Below, one piece after another: positions 1-13,594 of a stretch of DNA of 64,000 bases. The DNA is taken from contig CM119265.1 of the NCBI GenBank assembly GCA_051294375.1, positions 22,329,308-22,393,307 of the forward strand, in the 5' to 3' direction. The notes under the pieces are model-generated. The model saw nothing but the letters and a program-made list of their open reading frames with translations. It was not told where the DNA came from and did no database searches. Positions within the stretch are counted from its first letter, which is position 1. Every line of letters starts with the position of its first letter. Source of the stretch: Paraspadella gotoi (taxonomy: Eukaryota > Animalia > Chaetognatha). The translations under genes and the position numbers were made by a program.

Positions 1-330
1 TTCAATGAGAGAATCTCTGTTGAAGACTGATGGAGATTTGTCGTTCGAAGGTTCGAGCTTTTCCTTTTTTTACCGCAGCGGATGAAAGAAACCAATAGAG
101 ACCCTTTTCGGCCATTGCGACGGACGAATTCGGCGGCGACGATCGATCGCAACGCCATCTCACCTCCGGCGTCCGATCCTCGTCACTCAAATGACAATCC
201 GAGACCAGCGAGGGCGTTGGCTCCAAATCCAAGGGGGCCGATCGTGAAATCTATTAACTTTTTTTTCGATCGTTTAAATTTAGATTGTATGTTTTGTGAT
301 CGTTTTGTCGAACGATAAGCCAATTGATTA

Positions 331-426
331 ATGAATGAATGAATGAATGAATGAATGAATGAATGAATGAATGAATGAATGAATGAATGAATGAATGAAT
401 GAACGAATGAATGAATGAATGAATGA
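331..426. repeat. (ATGA)n tetranucleotide microsatellite
   Basis: Near-perfect run of atga units read directly. Confidence 0.95.
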
Positions 427-523
427 AAATTTAAAGGAACAAATAAATTCATGGGTGAAAAGAAAATTTACTCATAAAATCGCTTGTTGAAATAATTAGT
501 CTCAACAAGTCACAACAATTGCC

Positions 524-565
<42 letters not shown>

Positions 566-2152
566 CTCTCTCTCTTACTCTTCTCCTCACTCTGCGAATG
601 AGTTCGCTCGAGGATGAAGGCCTTTGAAAAGACCCCTTGTAGTTGTTGTTGTCGTCGCCGTCGTCGTTCGAACGTCTTTTGTTTTTCTCCGCGGGAGGGC
701 GAGGTTTTCAAAAGCTCGTAATGCGTCGGCCATAATCCGTGCATCCGTCCGTCCGTCCCCTCCCATTCATCTCTTTCTCATTCGTCGAAAAGACGTAAAA
801 ACAGATCTGTACGTAGAGGCGGGGAGGCATCTTTTTAAGTCAAAGTTTTTTGCTCAGGGTCTGTCTTCATTACAAAGGTACATAACATAGTTGAAATTTA
901 ATTTCACAGTCATCGATGTTAAAGTTAAGCACTATGTATTCGTTTTTTAATCAATATTTGCAAAGACGATATAAAATTTCTTTTCGACTTAAGATGGTTA
1001 AAATAATAATTACCATTCGTCGTCTCATCTTTTCTCGTTACCCTTTTCAAAACCAAAAGTTTTCAAGGTTTTCGTTAATCTTCGTTAAAGACGATCGTTA
1101 GAGAAAAACTTAAACTTCAGCATCAACAAACAACATCGACGACCCCATCAACAATAACGACTCCAGCGCTAATCGGCGTCAAAAAACGACTACAACGAAA
1201 ACGAGGCTCGAGACTCGAATTCGTCCAACTTCTTCTTTTTCTTCTTCGACAACAAATCCCTTCCCTTTCCTTTTCTGCTCGTGACCTTGGCAACGACCAA
1301 ACGAGTCTTTCTGCAAATCGGGAGCCGTGACGCATTCGTATTCTTGTCTCTCTTCCTCTTTCCTCGATTTTGTATGCTTATTAGACAACCATTTCTTCAC
1401 TTCCCTCTATATATTTCCTTTCCTGATGCGCCACTTCTCCTTTCACCATATATTCGCTGTTTGGTATATTACGTAATTGGACTTTCAACTATCGACCTCG
1501 TATTATTAGCCATTTATAATCCTCTCCCTATTTTCCTTTTTCTTTTTATTTGCCTTTCATACCTCTTAATCTTTTTTTTTCTTTTTCTTTCACCCACCAT
1601 CTTCTCTTCCTTAAATCTTCATCCACTCCTTACTCCAGACTCCATCTTCTTCCTCGTTACTTACTCCACTAATTTCTTCGCTCCTCTTTCTTCGCTCCTC
1701 TCAGTCTCGACTGTCACGCTCTAGATGCTCGACGCTCAGAGATTGGCGCCGCCCCCCTCCCTCAGCTCCCTCAACCACTCATCCACCACATAACCCAATA
1801 TATTCAGTCCCCCTGACCCCAACTCCCCCTTCCCTCTCCCACCCGCCCTCCGACGGGCGTCTCGAGTCTCGCGTCATCCGTTCTCGGTTAAAAGCATTCC
1901 TTCCCATTTCCTTCCGTCTCGATAACCACAACCCGGGTCGTGGGTCTCTTCAACTCGCCCACCTTCCAAAACCCACAACCCGCCCACGCCAACCGCTCGC
2001 CAACTCGAGACGACGTCTTCCGGGAAAAATTTAGGTTTCGAGGTCGATGGGGGGGAGGTGAAAGAAAGGGGGGGGTGTGAGAGGGGAAAGATGTTAGGTG
2101 AGAAACGGAGGAAAGGAAAGTGACCGGTAGATTGGACACCAGTCGACGAGTC

Positions 2153-2183
<31 letters not shown>

Positions 2184-2876
2184 GAAAAGAAAGTAGAAAG
2201 AAATGAAGAGAAAAGAAAAGAAAAGAAAGAAAAGAAAAAAGAAAAGAAAAGAAAAAGAAAGAAAGAAAAGAAAAGAAAAAACGAAAAAAAAAACATATAG
2301 GACGGAAATGAAAATAGAGTGAGCGACCACTAAAACTCACGAGAAAACGCCGACACGAGCTCTGTGAAAGACTACACTCTCGCGTTGAGGGCGATAAAAA
2401 CGGCCATTAAAAGACCACAAGCAAACGGGCGAATAGGCGATCGCCGCTCGTAAAACGCGGCGATTCGCCGTAAGACATACCATTCGCCCTTTAAGCCTCG
2501 CGACTTGAGGCACCTCGCGGAAGAAATGCGGTGGGCAGATCGAAAAAGGGAAGTCAAGAGAACGCAGTTGTGGCTCTTTCGAGTTGGTACCTCCGTTGTT
2601 GTTGTTGTTTGGTTAGTTGTTGTTGTCTATTTTTACGGTCACTCGGCCCTTTTAAAAATTCAACCACCAAAATCGTCGTCGTCGTCGTGTCGCGGTCGTC
2701 GTCGTCGTCCGTGTCGTTTTTTTTTTCCCCCTCATCGGAAATTTATATATAACAATATGAACTTTTTTTCATGCCGCGGCGGGACAATTTTTATTTTTAT
2801 TTAACTAGAATTTTTTGAGGACAGAAATCTGTAATTTTTGACAATCAATGACGAGAGTGACGATATGACGATGATT

Positions 2877-2909
<33 letters not shown>

Positions 2910-3524
2910 TTTTGTGACGCAACCGGCAAAAACGACATGACGTCTTTCGAAGGAAATATGCAAATCGGTTTCGATTCTCTTATTTTACATTCTTTTTTCT
3001 TTTGTCCGGATTCTCTGGCTTTTTAAGGCGTTGTCCAATTCAAGTAATAATATTTTTTTGTATTCAGACTAGATGGGAAGCTTGGTTACTGTGTGGGTTC
3101 GGAAGATCGCCATTGCCATTTTGAGACATCATTGTGTTTGATTATTTTCTTGTATTTAATGATTTACAATGAAGCTGATGAATTTCCAATTTCTTCTTCC
3201 TCGTTCGATTCCTGCTTTTCGTTAGTTCGTTTGATTTGATTCTTCTGGTTGCTCATCGAATCAAGGCAACAGCGCTGCTGGATGTCTGGTAAAACACTGT
3301 CGGCGAATCTATTGCTTACTACTATCCATCAATTACACCAGAAATCCTCCCACAATGTTTGCGTTTATTTTCCTTTTGATCGATCGTAAATCTCTTCGAT
3401 TCAATTCTTTTCTCTCTTTTGTTTGTTTACGCCAACGACTTCCGATTTTGACCGCAGTTCCCGTCGAGCAGCACCAGTCTTCTTTTTCCTTCCTCATTTT
3501 TCATTCCCACGACGCATTTTGATC

Positions 3525-3560
<36 letters not shown>

Positions 3561-5476
3561 NNNNNNNNNNNNNNNNNNNNNNNNNNNNNNNNNNNNNNNN
3601 NNNNTGGAAGATAAAGAGAAAAGAAAGAGATATACAAAAAAACAGACCGTCGCAAAAAGTAGAGAGAGAGAGCGGGACGAAGAGAGAGAGGAGAGAGAGA
3701 GACGAGAGAGAGACGAAGAGAAGAGAGAGTGGGGACCTGGGAGGCGGAGTCTTCTTCCTATTGGAGGGGAGGAGAAAATTCAATTGATATTCTTTTCAAC
3801 TCGAATCTTTTGTGGCGAAAAAAAAACGAAGAAAAATCTGCAAAATCTCACAACCGAAAAAAGAAAAAAAATAGAAAAAAAAAGGAAATAAAAAAACCGA
3901 TAAAAAATTAGGACATATCCCGCCACGTCCTAACAAACAAACAAAACAATAAAACAAAACGAAAATTAGAAAAGAAAAAAGAAATCCTAGATTATAACCG
4001 AAGTGGTCAATCGCCTGACGGGCGAATCCGGTCAGCGCCTGATTCCGCGCTCCGTTTCTTTTGCTCCGCAGCACGATTTAAAAGTTAGCGTAGCATCGTT
4101 GGGCGCGGAACATAAGTTGGCATTTCGCGCAGCACGATGCCATGGCAGGGTGGGGTAGTTTTTCACGTCTGCGTGGCACGATACACTCACTTTTAAATCA
4201 AGCGCTACACGCGTTGGCATCCTGCGAGGTTTCGTTTGATCTTTTTCTTTGTCGGTCTGAGTTTGTACGGAGCTTATGTTCGATACGTACACGTTTTTGT
4301 CAGACACGTGTTTTCGTATGGCGAGAGCAAAAAAAAAAAAGAAGTTTATCTATCAGGGCCAATTTTTAAAATAATTTTTACATAAAAGTCGCCAAGAACA
4401 GCTGGTCGTTAAACGCAATCTTTTTCTTTTATTCCTTTTTGTGTTTCGTGGTTTTGGTTTTTTGTTTTTATTTTGTTTTCTTTTTTTTAATGTTTTTTAT
4501 TTATATCAACTTAACAAACTCGCTATATCGGAATTGACCTTTTTTCTTTTTCTTCCAGTAAAAAATTAATAAAAAATGTTAAATAAAAAGTTCATACGCA
4601 TGAAAAATCGGGGCCTGAATGAAAGCATAATTTTGCTGCTTTTTTTTTATGAGGGAATAAATTGCGCGGGAATCCAAAGGGACGTCGCTGTCCGATGGAT
4701 GAATTTGGCTGAGGAGTAGAGAGGATGTGCTTGGGTTGGTCGTTGGGATCATGTGAGGCTGTGAATCGGTTCGCTTCGGGTTCATCGGCTCGTTTACCGG
4801 TCATGGTCCTTTTTTTTTTTTTAATCAATTCTCGTTTTTTGATTCACCCAGATCGAGTCCCACCATGACCATGAGGTTGCCATTCGGTCGTTGCCGTCCA
4901 AAGATTGCCATTTGGTTCATTCGCCATCTCGGTGTTGGCGCTCGTTTCTTCTTGGCATCTCCAATTCTCCATCGATCCCGAAGCCCAACGGTTTCATCAA
5001 ACGATTGATCGTTCTCATGACGTACATAATTTCTCGCTCTCTCTCTATTTTTCTTTTCTTTTCCTTTCTTTCTTTCTTTCTTTCTTTCCACAGACGCGGC
5101 GTTAAAGCGTGCCGGACGTGTTGGCAGATTGAAGAATCCTGTCAAGGGGCGAGAGAAAAAACAAGGATGGGAAGAGAGAGGGTGGGGTGGGTGTTAGCGG
5201 ATAAGAAGAGCCGATCGGCGAAGAGAGGGGGGCGGAGAGGGGGGGGCGCAGNNNNNNNNNNNNNNNNNNNNNNNNNTTTTCTCTTCTCTCTATTCTTTTT
5301 TCTTCTCTTTCTTTCTTTTCTTTTTTTGAATAGTTATAGTTGTCTTACCGTATATTTAGAGGCTCTCTAGGCTCCGTCTCTCTCTCCTCTCTCGGCTCGT
5401 TCTCTCTCTCTCTACCTCTCTCTCATCTCTCTCTCCTCGTCTCCCTCTCTCTGCTCTCTCTCTCTCTCTCCAGCTC

Positions 5477-6440
5477 TCACAGACGGCGCGTTAAAGCGTC
5501 ACTCGTGTGGCAGATTGAGAGACCTGTCAAGGGGCGAGGAGAAACAAGGTGGGAAGAGAGAGGGTGGGGGTGTGTGTAGGGATAAGTAAGAGCATCGGCG
5601 AAGGAGAGGGGCGGAGAGGGGGCGCGAGAGGAAGAGATGAATAAGTCTACAAATGTCGTCGTTAATAGACTAAGTTTCTTGTTCGACGACAGCGAGTAAC
5701 AGCTAACGACTATTAATAAAGTAGGAATTTTGTCTAAATTGCGAATGAGCCTAATTACAAAAAAGCGGAATGAGACGGAGAATCTCGGTTTTGTATTTTA
5801 TGTGCTGATACTTTTTAAATATATTAAACTAATTATATCGCTCCCGCTATCTTGTGGATTTCTTAATAACTTTTCCTTCGCTGCTGCCAAATCAGCAAAG
5901 AGCTTTACAGATTCTTTTTTTTTTAAAATCGACTCCCCTTTTTTCGTCTTTAAGAGAAGATAAATATAAAATAAATAGGAGGGAGTTCCTTCAAAACTTG
6001 TTAACGGGATGCCCATGGCTCGGGCATGGCCCCTTGGCTCCCATGGCCTCTACAGCACCGTGGCGACATGGGCCCCTGCGCATCTTCCCCAGCTTGTGAT
6101 CATCCGAATGCATCATGAGGTGTGACGGCTGACTGAGCGACGGGAAGAGGAATTGTGTGAAGGAATATGGAGGGTAGGGGGAGAAGAGGAGAGAGGAAGG
6201 AAAGGAGAGTTAGGAAGAAAAAAGAGATGATTAATAAGGGGGGAGAATCGGAGATACACTACGAGGTCAGGAGACCGAAAGAGGAGGGAGGGGAGGAGGA
6301 GGAGGAAGAAGAAGAATAAGGGTGAGATGAAGACTGAATTTTGCAATAATAAGAGGAAGGGCGAAGTGGGGAAATAAGGATATAATTTACTATTTAGATG
6401 GAGGGAAAGAGAGAGAATGTACCTCATTGTATTTTACTGG
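5477..6440 (+). other. Indel-rich direct duplicate of 5089-5251 plus 8027-8860 (probable gap-fill or alternate-haplotype artefact)
   Basis: cacagac..gcgttaaagcgt..ggcagattga occurs at about 5090 and 5478. gaggaagagatgaataagtctacaaatgtcgtcgttaatagactaa occurs at about 5628 and 8029 and the match continues for about 800 bp with scattered indels. A 25-N gap (5252-5276) lies between the first pair. Confidence 0.8.
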
Positions 6441-6749
6441 TGAGAGGTAAGAGAGAAGAGTAGATACGAAGAGAGCGAAGAGAGAGAGAGAGAGACCAGA
6501 GTCGAGAGAGAGAGAGAGAGAGCGACGAAGAGGAAGAGGAGAGAGAGAGGAATGTAGCTCATCGGTATTTTTCGCTGAGATAGAACAGAGGAAGAGTCAG
6601 CCGTGAGGAGAGAGAGAAAAAAAAGACAGAGGGGGAGCTAGAGATAGATACGCTCGCTTTTCTTTTACTCGAAAAAGTGAGGGAGTCCGATAATCTCTCA
6701 ACACTAGGAGTTGCCCATCAGGCCACTTGAGTAATAGATGCAAGACTTT

Positions 6750-7976
6750 AGGTTATCCCGGTTTGAATGGATTTTTTAAAAACTTCAAAAAAAAGCGCTC
6801 CAGCACCCCAAAAATTCTTTTCTACAATATTTGCTTAAACGTAGGTTATTAATGAAAGCTAGTAACCTCATCATTTTTGCTCATAAAATACTCGAAACGT
6901 ACTGGCCATACATAATGATGTATATAAAAATTTTTAATAATTTTATTTTTTTTGTTTAAAAATTAAATCACTCAAAAAAAAACTTCAAGAGTATTCCTAA
7001 AAGTGTCAAGGAATTAATTTCCTGTTTATACAAAAATGATACTTTGAAGAAGACCAGTTTTAATATCAAAAAACAAATTTTAATGTTAAAAAAATTTATG
7101 TTAAATTACCAAAAAGGTTTTTTGAAAATTAATAAAAATTATCATCATATCTTAAACTAATATAAATATTTTTAAAAAAATGAGGTTGGAAAGAGGACAT
7201 TATGCGGATTCCAAATCTGTTTTTGTTTTAAATATTTGATTATTCGTTCCTGATTTTACAGGCTCATGACATTTGTAAAAATCAAGAAAATCACCCCTTT
7301 TTCAAAACCTATATAAAAACTGAACGTCCAGTATTTGAATAAAATGAAATTACACTTTTAAAAAAGTAATTCTTCTTAGCTATTAAAATGTTTTACATAT
7401 GAGAAGAAAAAGAGAGTAGCAAGATATCAAAGGAAGAAATGTATTAGTTAATTTTTTAAATGAAAAAAAATAAGATTTATCTTAGCCATGATGGAAAAAA
7501 AAGCTGTCGCCGGTCTTTCCAAGTTATTTTCGGCATCTTAATGTAAGAATGAAAAATAAAAAATTTAGATATCAAGGAAAACTTTGGCCTTTTGTGGATT
7601 TCAATTAAGCTGTGTCTTCATTTAGTATGACAATTATATAATAGGAGTTCCCATGTAAAAGAAAATGCGTTGTCCAAAAAAGCTTCTTTCATTTTTATCC
7701 TTTTTATATCTGTAATTTTATTCCTTATACTCATTTCCGTTCTTCTTTATACTTTTTGAGTCTTAACCACTACTATTAAAAATCTCTGCCTTTTCTCAGT
7801 CTAATGCAAGAATTCATTATTGCTTATCTCCATGTAGGATAGAATTCAGGGATGAATCTTAATTCATTATGTCCCCAAAAGAAAGCATATTAACAAACAT
7901 TGATTGCTGTATTTATAGAATATTATTTTAAAATAGAAAGTATCCATAAAAGTCATATTAAGGTTCCGGGTAACTT
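6750..7976. mobile_element. Possible old AT-rich non-autonomous DNA transposon remnant
   Basis: AT-rich, microsatellite-free block with weak inverted ends aggttatcccgg (6750) and ccgggtaactt (7966-7976). No clear TSD seen. Confidence 0.25.
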
Positions 7977-8871
7977 TTGTAACAGCAAGGTTATCATTTT
8001 AAATTTACCTCTTGGATGTAATTATCCAGAGGAAGAGATGAATAAGTCTACAAATGTCGTCGTTAATAGACTAATTTTCTTTTCGAACGACACAAACAAA
8101 ACGACGAAAGAGAAAATAAGCCTCTTCGTTTGTCAATGGACAAAAGTAGGAATTTTTTTGACAGTTAAAAATTGCGAATGAGCCTAATTACAAAAAAGCG
8201 GAATGATGACGGAGAATCTCGGTTTTGTATTTATTTGTGATTACTTTTTAAATATATTAAACATATTATATCCGCTCCGTTATCTTGTGGGATTTCTTAA
8301 TAACTTTTCCTTCGCTGCTGCCAAATCACAAAGAGCTTTACAGATTCTTTTTTTTTAAATATCGACTCCCTTTTTCGTCTTTAAGAGAAGAGAATAAATA
8401 AAAAAAAAGGAGGGAGTTCCTCAAAAACTTGTTAAACGGATGCCCATGGCCGGGCATGGCCCCTTGGCTCCATGGCCTCTCAGGCACCGTGGCCGACATG
8501 GCCCCTCGCATCTTCCCCACTGACTCATCCGAATTGCATCATGAGGTGGCGACTGAGGCCGACGGGGGAAGAGGAATTTGGTGAAGAATATGGAGGGTAG
8601 GAGGAAGAGGAGGAGAAGGGGAAAGGAGAGTGAGAGGGAGGAATGAAAAGAAGATAATTAATAAGTGGGAGAATCGGAGATACACTACGAGGTCAGGAGA
8701 CCGAAAGAGGAGGAGGAGGAGGAGGAGGAGGAAGGAAGGAAGGAAGGGTGAGATGAAGACTGAATTTTGAATAATAAGAGGAAGGGCGAGTGGGGAAATA
8801 AGGATATAATTACTATTTAGATGGAGGAGAAAGAGAGAAAGATGTACCTCATTGTTATTTTATTAGGCTTG

Positions 8872-8989
<118 letters not shown>

Positions 8990-9024
8990 AAGGGATCAGA
9001 TTAAGAGAAGAGAAAACTAAAGAT

Positions 9025-9230
9025 AGGAGTGTTACTTTTATCCAGTTAAAACATTTAAAAATATGTTATATTATTTTTTCTATAGGGAATCCAAGCACTC
9101 TGGGATTATACTATGAAAGCTTGGTCAATGGTCATTATATCTTACAAGACCCAAAGTCAGGGGCAAGATAGTTTTTTTTAAATTAAATGAATAAATAATC
9201 TTTACATTGGTTGTTCAAATTTCATTACAA
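9025..9230 (+). repeat. Dispersed repeat family B, copy 1
   Basis: Shares aaagtcaggggcaagatag, ataggg..ccag..actctggga and attggttgt.ccaatttcat with 31262-31500 and 46235-46430. Confidence 0.75.
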
Positions 9231-9434
9231 GTTTGATCGGTGAGAAATTTATTGAAGTGAAGTGAAAGGTCGTGAAACAAATACGATCAAACGGAAATAG
9301 ATTAAGAGGAGTGGAGTGACCGAGCTTGACCCCCACGTCGAGGTAAGAAGAGGCGTAGAAAGTCGCCTTGAATTCTCGAACAGTCGAACCATAACAAAAA
9401 CAAGAATGAAAATTCAAATCTGTTGCGCCGCAGT

Positions 9435-9676
9435 GACTTTGTATTTTCGACACATACTGCATTGGAATGACGACTTTTATTTTTTATAGCTTATATGAGA
9501 TTTCTTTAGTAGTTGCTTAGATCTGAGGTTTTTCCGGTCTTAAAAAATTAGCTATAAGCAAGTTATAGGCATCTTTAACGTTAGTGGAACTGACCGACCG
9601 ACCGACAAGCCGACAGTCCGACCAAAAAGTGACTTATAGGGTTGATCCGCGAGTACTCGCGTCGCAACTAAAAAAA
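9435..9676 (-). mobile_element. DINE-1/Helentron-associated (HINE-like) non-autonomous element
   Basis: Reverse complement reads ttttagttgcgacgcgagtactcgcg..aaccctataagtcactttttggtcgg..(gtcg)n: T-rich end, subterminal palindrome gcgagtactcgc and a GTCG microsatellite. Matches 20579-20850 in the opposite orientation. Family assignment is from architecture only. Confidence 0.6.
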
Positions 9677-10015
9677 GAAAAACGTGGTCAGAGTCAAAGT
9701 GACTTTGTCTCTTAAATCCAGAAGGAAAGAAATAAAGAGGCGAATGGACAAAGGGACAGAAAGCGACGTCAATTTCATCTCACAAGACAGAAAGTCCGTT
9801 TACGGCTACAGTCATGCCGTTTACTTAGAAGATGACGGACGATTTTAAAAGGGTTGGCGGCTGCGGCGCTTAAAGGGGCGGCGTCAGCGGCAGCGGAGGC
9901 GGCGGGCGGTGCCAGAGCTGCCGCGAAGGCTTCGTCCAGAAGATGAAAGTCGAAGGAATCTCGTCGTAAAACCTCTTTATTAGAACAATTTCTCTCTGTC
10001 TCTGTCTCGCAAACG

Positions 10016-10077
<62 letters not shown>

Positions 10078-10435
10078 CATCGCGCGCAACCCTGAAAATG
10101 TCACACAGGAAGGTTCACCATTTCACTACGGAGCTCCCGTCGAGTCGATGCGAAGGCTCCAGTCATTTCCTCCCCCCTCTCCTTTTTCAGATTCTTCCTT
10201 CCTCTTCTCTCCATTTCCTCTTCCTCCTCTTCCTCCTCTTCCTCCTCACTCTGACCTCCTTCCTTCTCTTCCTCTTGGTCTCCCTCCCTCGAAAAAATCC
10301 CAAGGGACGCGGCAGATTAACAACTGTTGCAGCCGACTTAACTGTTGCACTGCAGGATTAATCGTTGGGCGTCTGTCGATTCTGGTCTATCCTCGGACAT
10401 TGAGGAAGAGAGTGAAAGAGAGTGAAAGAGAGAGT

Positions 10436-10534
<99 letters not shown>

Positions 10535-11354
10535 AAAGGCACTCTTCCAAAGGAAAAGTGCCGACGGCGAAACGAACATAACGCGATTAGAGTTCGACGT
10601 TTGTGTCACGATCAACGCGGGAGACTCTGAAGCGTTGTTGATGTCGTCGTCGTCGTTGTCGTCGTCGTCGTCGTCGTCCTCTGAAGCGTTGTTGATGTCG
10701 TCGTGGGTGTTGTTTTTGTCATCGCCCTCATTGTCGGCGTCGTCGTTGTCATCGTCCTCGTTTTCTGAATCTTTTTTTTTTAATTCGTTTTTTTTTCCTT
10801 CGAAAAAAAAACATGGCAACCATAGTCGATGCTGATGTTGTTTTTCCTCGCAGTCTTAAAACTTAAAACTGCTCCTTTGTGGTCCCATTGTCGTCGTCGT
10901 CGTCGTCGACCCGTTCACGAATTTCCCATCCTTAGTTGTTGTTGTTGTTGTCGTCGTTGCGGTCGTCGACAAAAGGTTTTTCTCGCATTTTTTTTACGCC
11001 TCGATCGACGTCATAACCGTAAAAGTCAACTTTCTTCTTTCTTCTCCTAAACAGCGACCTTTCACACCCCTTGCTTCGCCCCTCTCCTCGGAGACGGCCC
11101 ACTTTGCACTTACCTTCACGGGGCCTACCTTTACCGTTCCTCCATGAGGCGTTTGTTCCCTCGATTCCTGTTCCTACTTTCAGTCAAGAACATCTCTTGA
11201 CTCGATTTCCTCCAATTTTCCATCTTCAACCTCGATTTTCATAACTTTTCCCATTCAATCATTTTACTTTTTATTTTACATTTTAGTTTTACATTAAAAG
11301 GCTTCTCTCATCCCTACTTTATTGTCATACTTATCTACTATTATCTTCTATACT

Positions 11355-11434
11355 ATTCTATTCTATTCTATTCTATTCTATTCTAATCTATTCTATTCTT
11401 TTCTATACTATTTTTTTTCTATTCTATTCTATTC
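11355..11434. repeat. (TTCTA)n pentanucleotide microsatellite
   Basis: Repeated ttcta units with a few interruptions. Confidence 0.9.
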
Positions 11435-11506
11435 TACAGCCCCCCAACTGCCATCTCACCCTCGCGCAGTCTCTTCTGTCTCCACGTAAGATCCTTTGAA
11501 CCCGAA

Positions 11507-11635
<129 letters not shown>

Positions 11636-12810
11636 GAGTTAAGGGACTTTTTACGATGATCCTTCTCCGGTTGGAAAACTCCGCCTTTTTTCTTCGCAAA
11701 ATAAGAAAAAAATAAACGAAAAAATAAAAATAAAAAAATAAACGACGAAAAAAAAATCTTTAAAAAACAACAACAAATAAACAAAAAACAAAAAGAAAAA
11801 AAACTTCAAAAAAGAAATTGGCTTAAAGAACCGACGCTGCCTCGTAAATCTTTCTTCTCTGGCGATCGATTCTGGATCTTCGGAGTTGAGAAGATTAAAG
11901 TTACTTAACTTCGTTGTCGTTTTTGTTTATATCGAAATGGATTATGAAAATTACGTAAACCGATGTTTAATGACGTCACATAACCTACGTTTATGACGAG
12001 AATTATAAGACGAGGATAATGAAGATGACGACTTAGATGTTTCGTTAGTTGAAGGCCAAAAGGGGCAAGCTAAATTAGTTTTAGCTTGACTTTCTTTCAA
12101 GATTTTTCCTACTTTTAGTATTTTAATATATCTTAAAACCCCGGAGATTAATCACGATCAACTTATGCAATTTATGGGAATGACGTGTCGCCATCTGAGC
12201 TCGAATTCAAATGATCTAATGTTCCGCCTCGAAAATAAATCTTCAAATTATGTTACAGATATAAACAGATTTAATAAAACTGACAAAGCAAATTTAAAGC
12301 AGTTCCCTCGAGTTATTCTCATGCCTAATCTGTTACCCCGAGAAATGTGTCGTTTCTCGTCTTTTTTATTTTCTTTTATGTCTTCAGGCATAGACAAAAA
12401 AAAACGGAAAAAAAAGACAATGAAAAAGGAGAAAGTAGCTAAAAGAAAAGGCATTACGGATTTTTTCGTTCTTGGGTCAGATAGGCGCACGTTCCTTCTC
12501 TGACTACTAATGAGAATCTGAATCTCTCTCTCTGTCTCTGTCTCTGACTCGGTCTCTCTCTCTTTCTCACTCCCTCTCTCCCTCTCTCTCTTTTTTTTTC
12601 TTTCTTTCTCTCTCGTTATTTTAATATAAAAAAACCCAAAAAACAGCGGATTATAGATTTTTTAAATTAAAAGTGATTTTGACACATTTGGTTTCAAAGA
12701 AACAAGTCAATCAGTCAATCCAACAATTCATGAATCAAATCAATCGCTCAATCCAACCATCGTTAAATCAATAAATTAATCAATTTAAATCAATCAATGC
12801 TCTTTTTCAG

Positions 12811-12905
12811 GCTTGGTCAAACTCGGCGTCCATTGCGTCTCAGGAAAGAAAGTCGCCGTCAAGATAGTGAACAGGGAAAAGCTCTCCGAGTCAGTTCTTC
12901 AAAAG
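12811..12905 (+). CDS. BRSK: BRSK/SAD-family Ser/Thr kinase, internal exon (end of Gly-loop to the VAVK lysine): (G)[31 protein letters not shown]
   Basis: tctttttcag|gcttggtcaaa...cttcaaaag|gtatgt; 95 bp, phase 1 in, phase 0 out. The peptide is near-identical to BRSK1/2 [27 protein letters not shown]. Too short to appear in the ORF track. Confidence 0.95.
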
Positions 12906-12910
12906 GTATG

Positions 12911-12946
<36 letters not shown>

Positions 12947-12955
12947 GGTGACTAC

Positions 12956-13568
12956 TAAGGCGTAGTGAAAGTTACGTACGAAAATTCTAAAGGTCCATTA
13001 TGAACAACATACCATCAGTGAACATTAATTTGTAAAAAAAATTAATTTTATGTTTTTTAATTTTCGCAGTAGGCTATATTTATATATAGTACTATTCTTA
13101 TAAAATCGAAAAATTTCAAAATAGGCTTTTCTTAATTTTGATTGCAGATTTGAATTCCTCGTCAAAAGTTGATAAAAGAAAATATAAATCATTTTTAAAA
13201 ATTCTTTCATTAAGTGGGTTAAAAATTATAAAAGCTATATTTAATATATAAAAAGTTAATTTTCAGCTTAAAATATAGCTTTTTCTAATTTTTGACCCAC
13301 TTAATGAAGGAATTTTTTAAAAAGAGTTATATTTCTTTTTATCAACTTTTTATGACGAATCCAAATCTGCAAAAAAATCTTAGAAAAAACTGTTTTGAAA
13401 TTTTAACATTTATTGGATTAGTACTAGTATAAATATGACCTACTGCGTAAATTGTAAAATTTATTATAAATTTTTTTTATACATAAATGTTCATTAGTAT
13501 AATGTTGTTCGTTCCCCACTTTTTAGAATTTTAATTAAAGTTAAATTTCGAAATTTTACTACGCCTTA
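12956..13568. mobile_element. Fold-back MITE (613 bp) with about 290-bp inverted arms and 8-bp TSD GTGACTAC
   Basis: gtgactac|taaggcgtagtgaaa...ttttactacgcctta|gtgactac (TSD at 12948-12955 and 13569-13576). Internal arms pair, e.g. ttcattaagtgggttaaaaatta with taatttttgacccacttaatgaa, and aaaagttgataaaagaaa with tttctttttatcaactttt. Confidence 0.92.
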
Positions 13569-13594
13569 GTGACTACTGACTAGAATAGGGTTAC

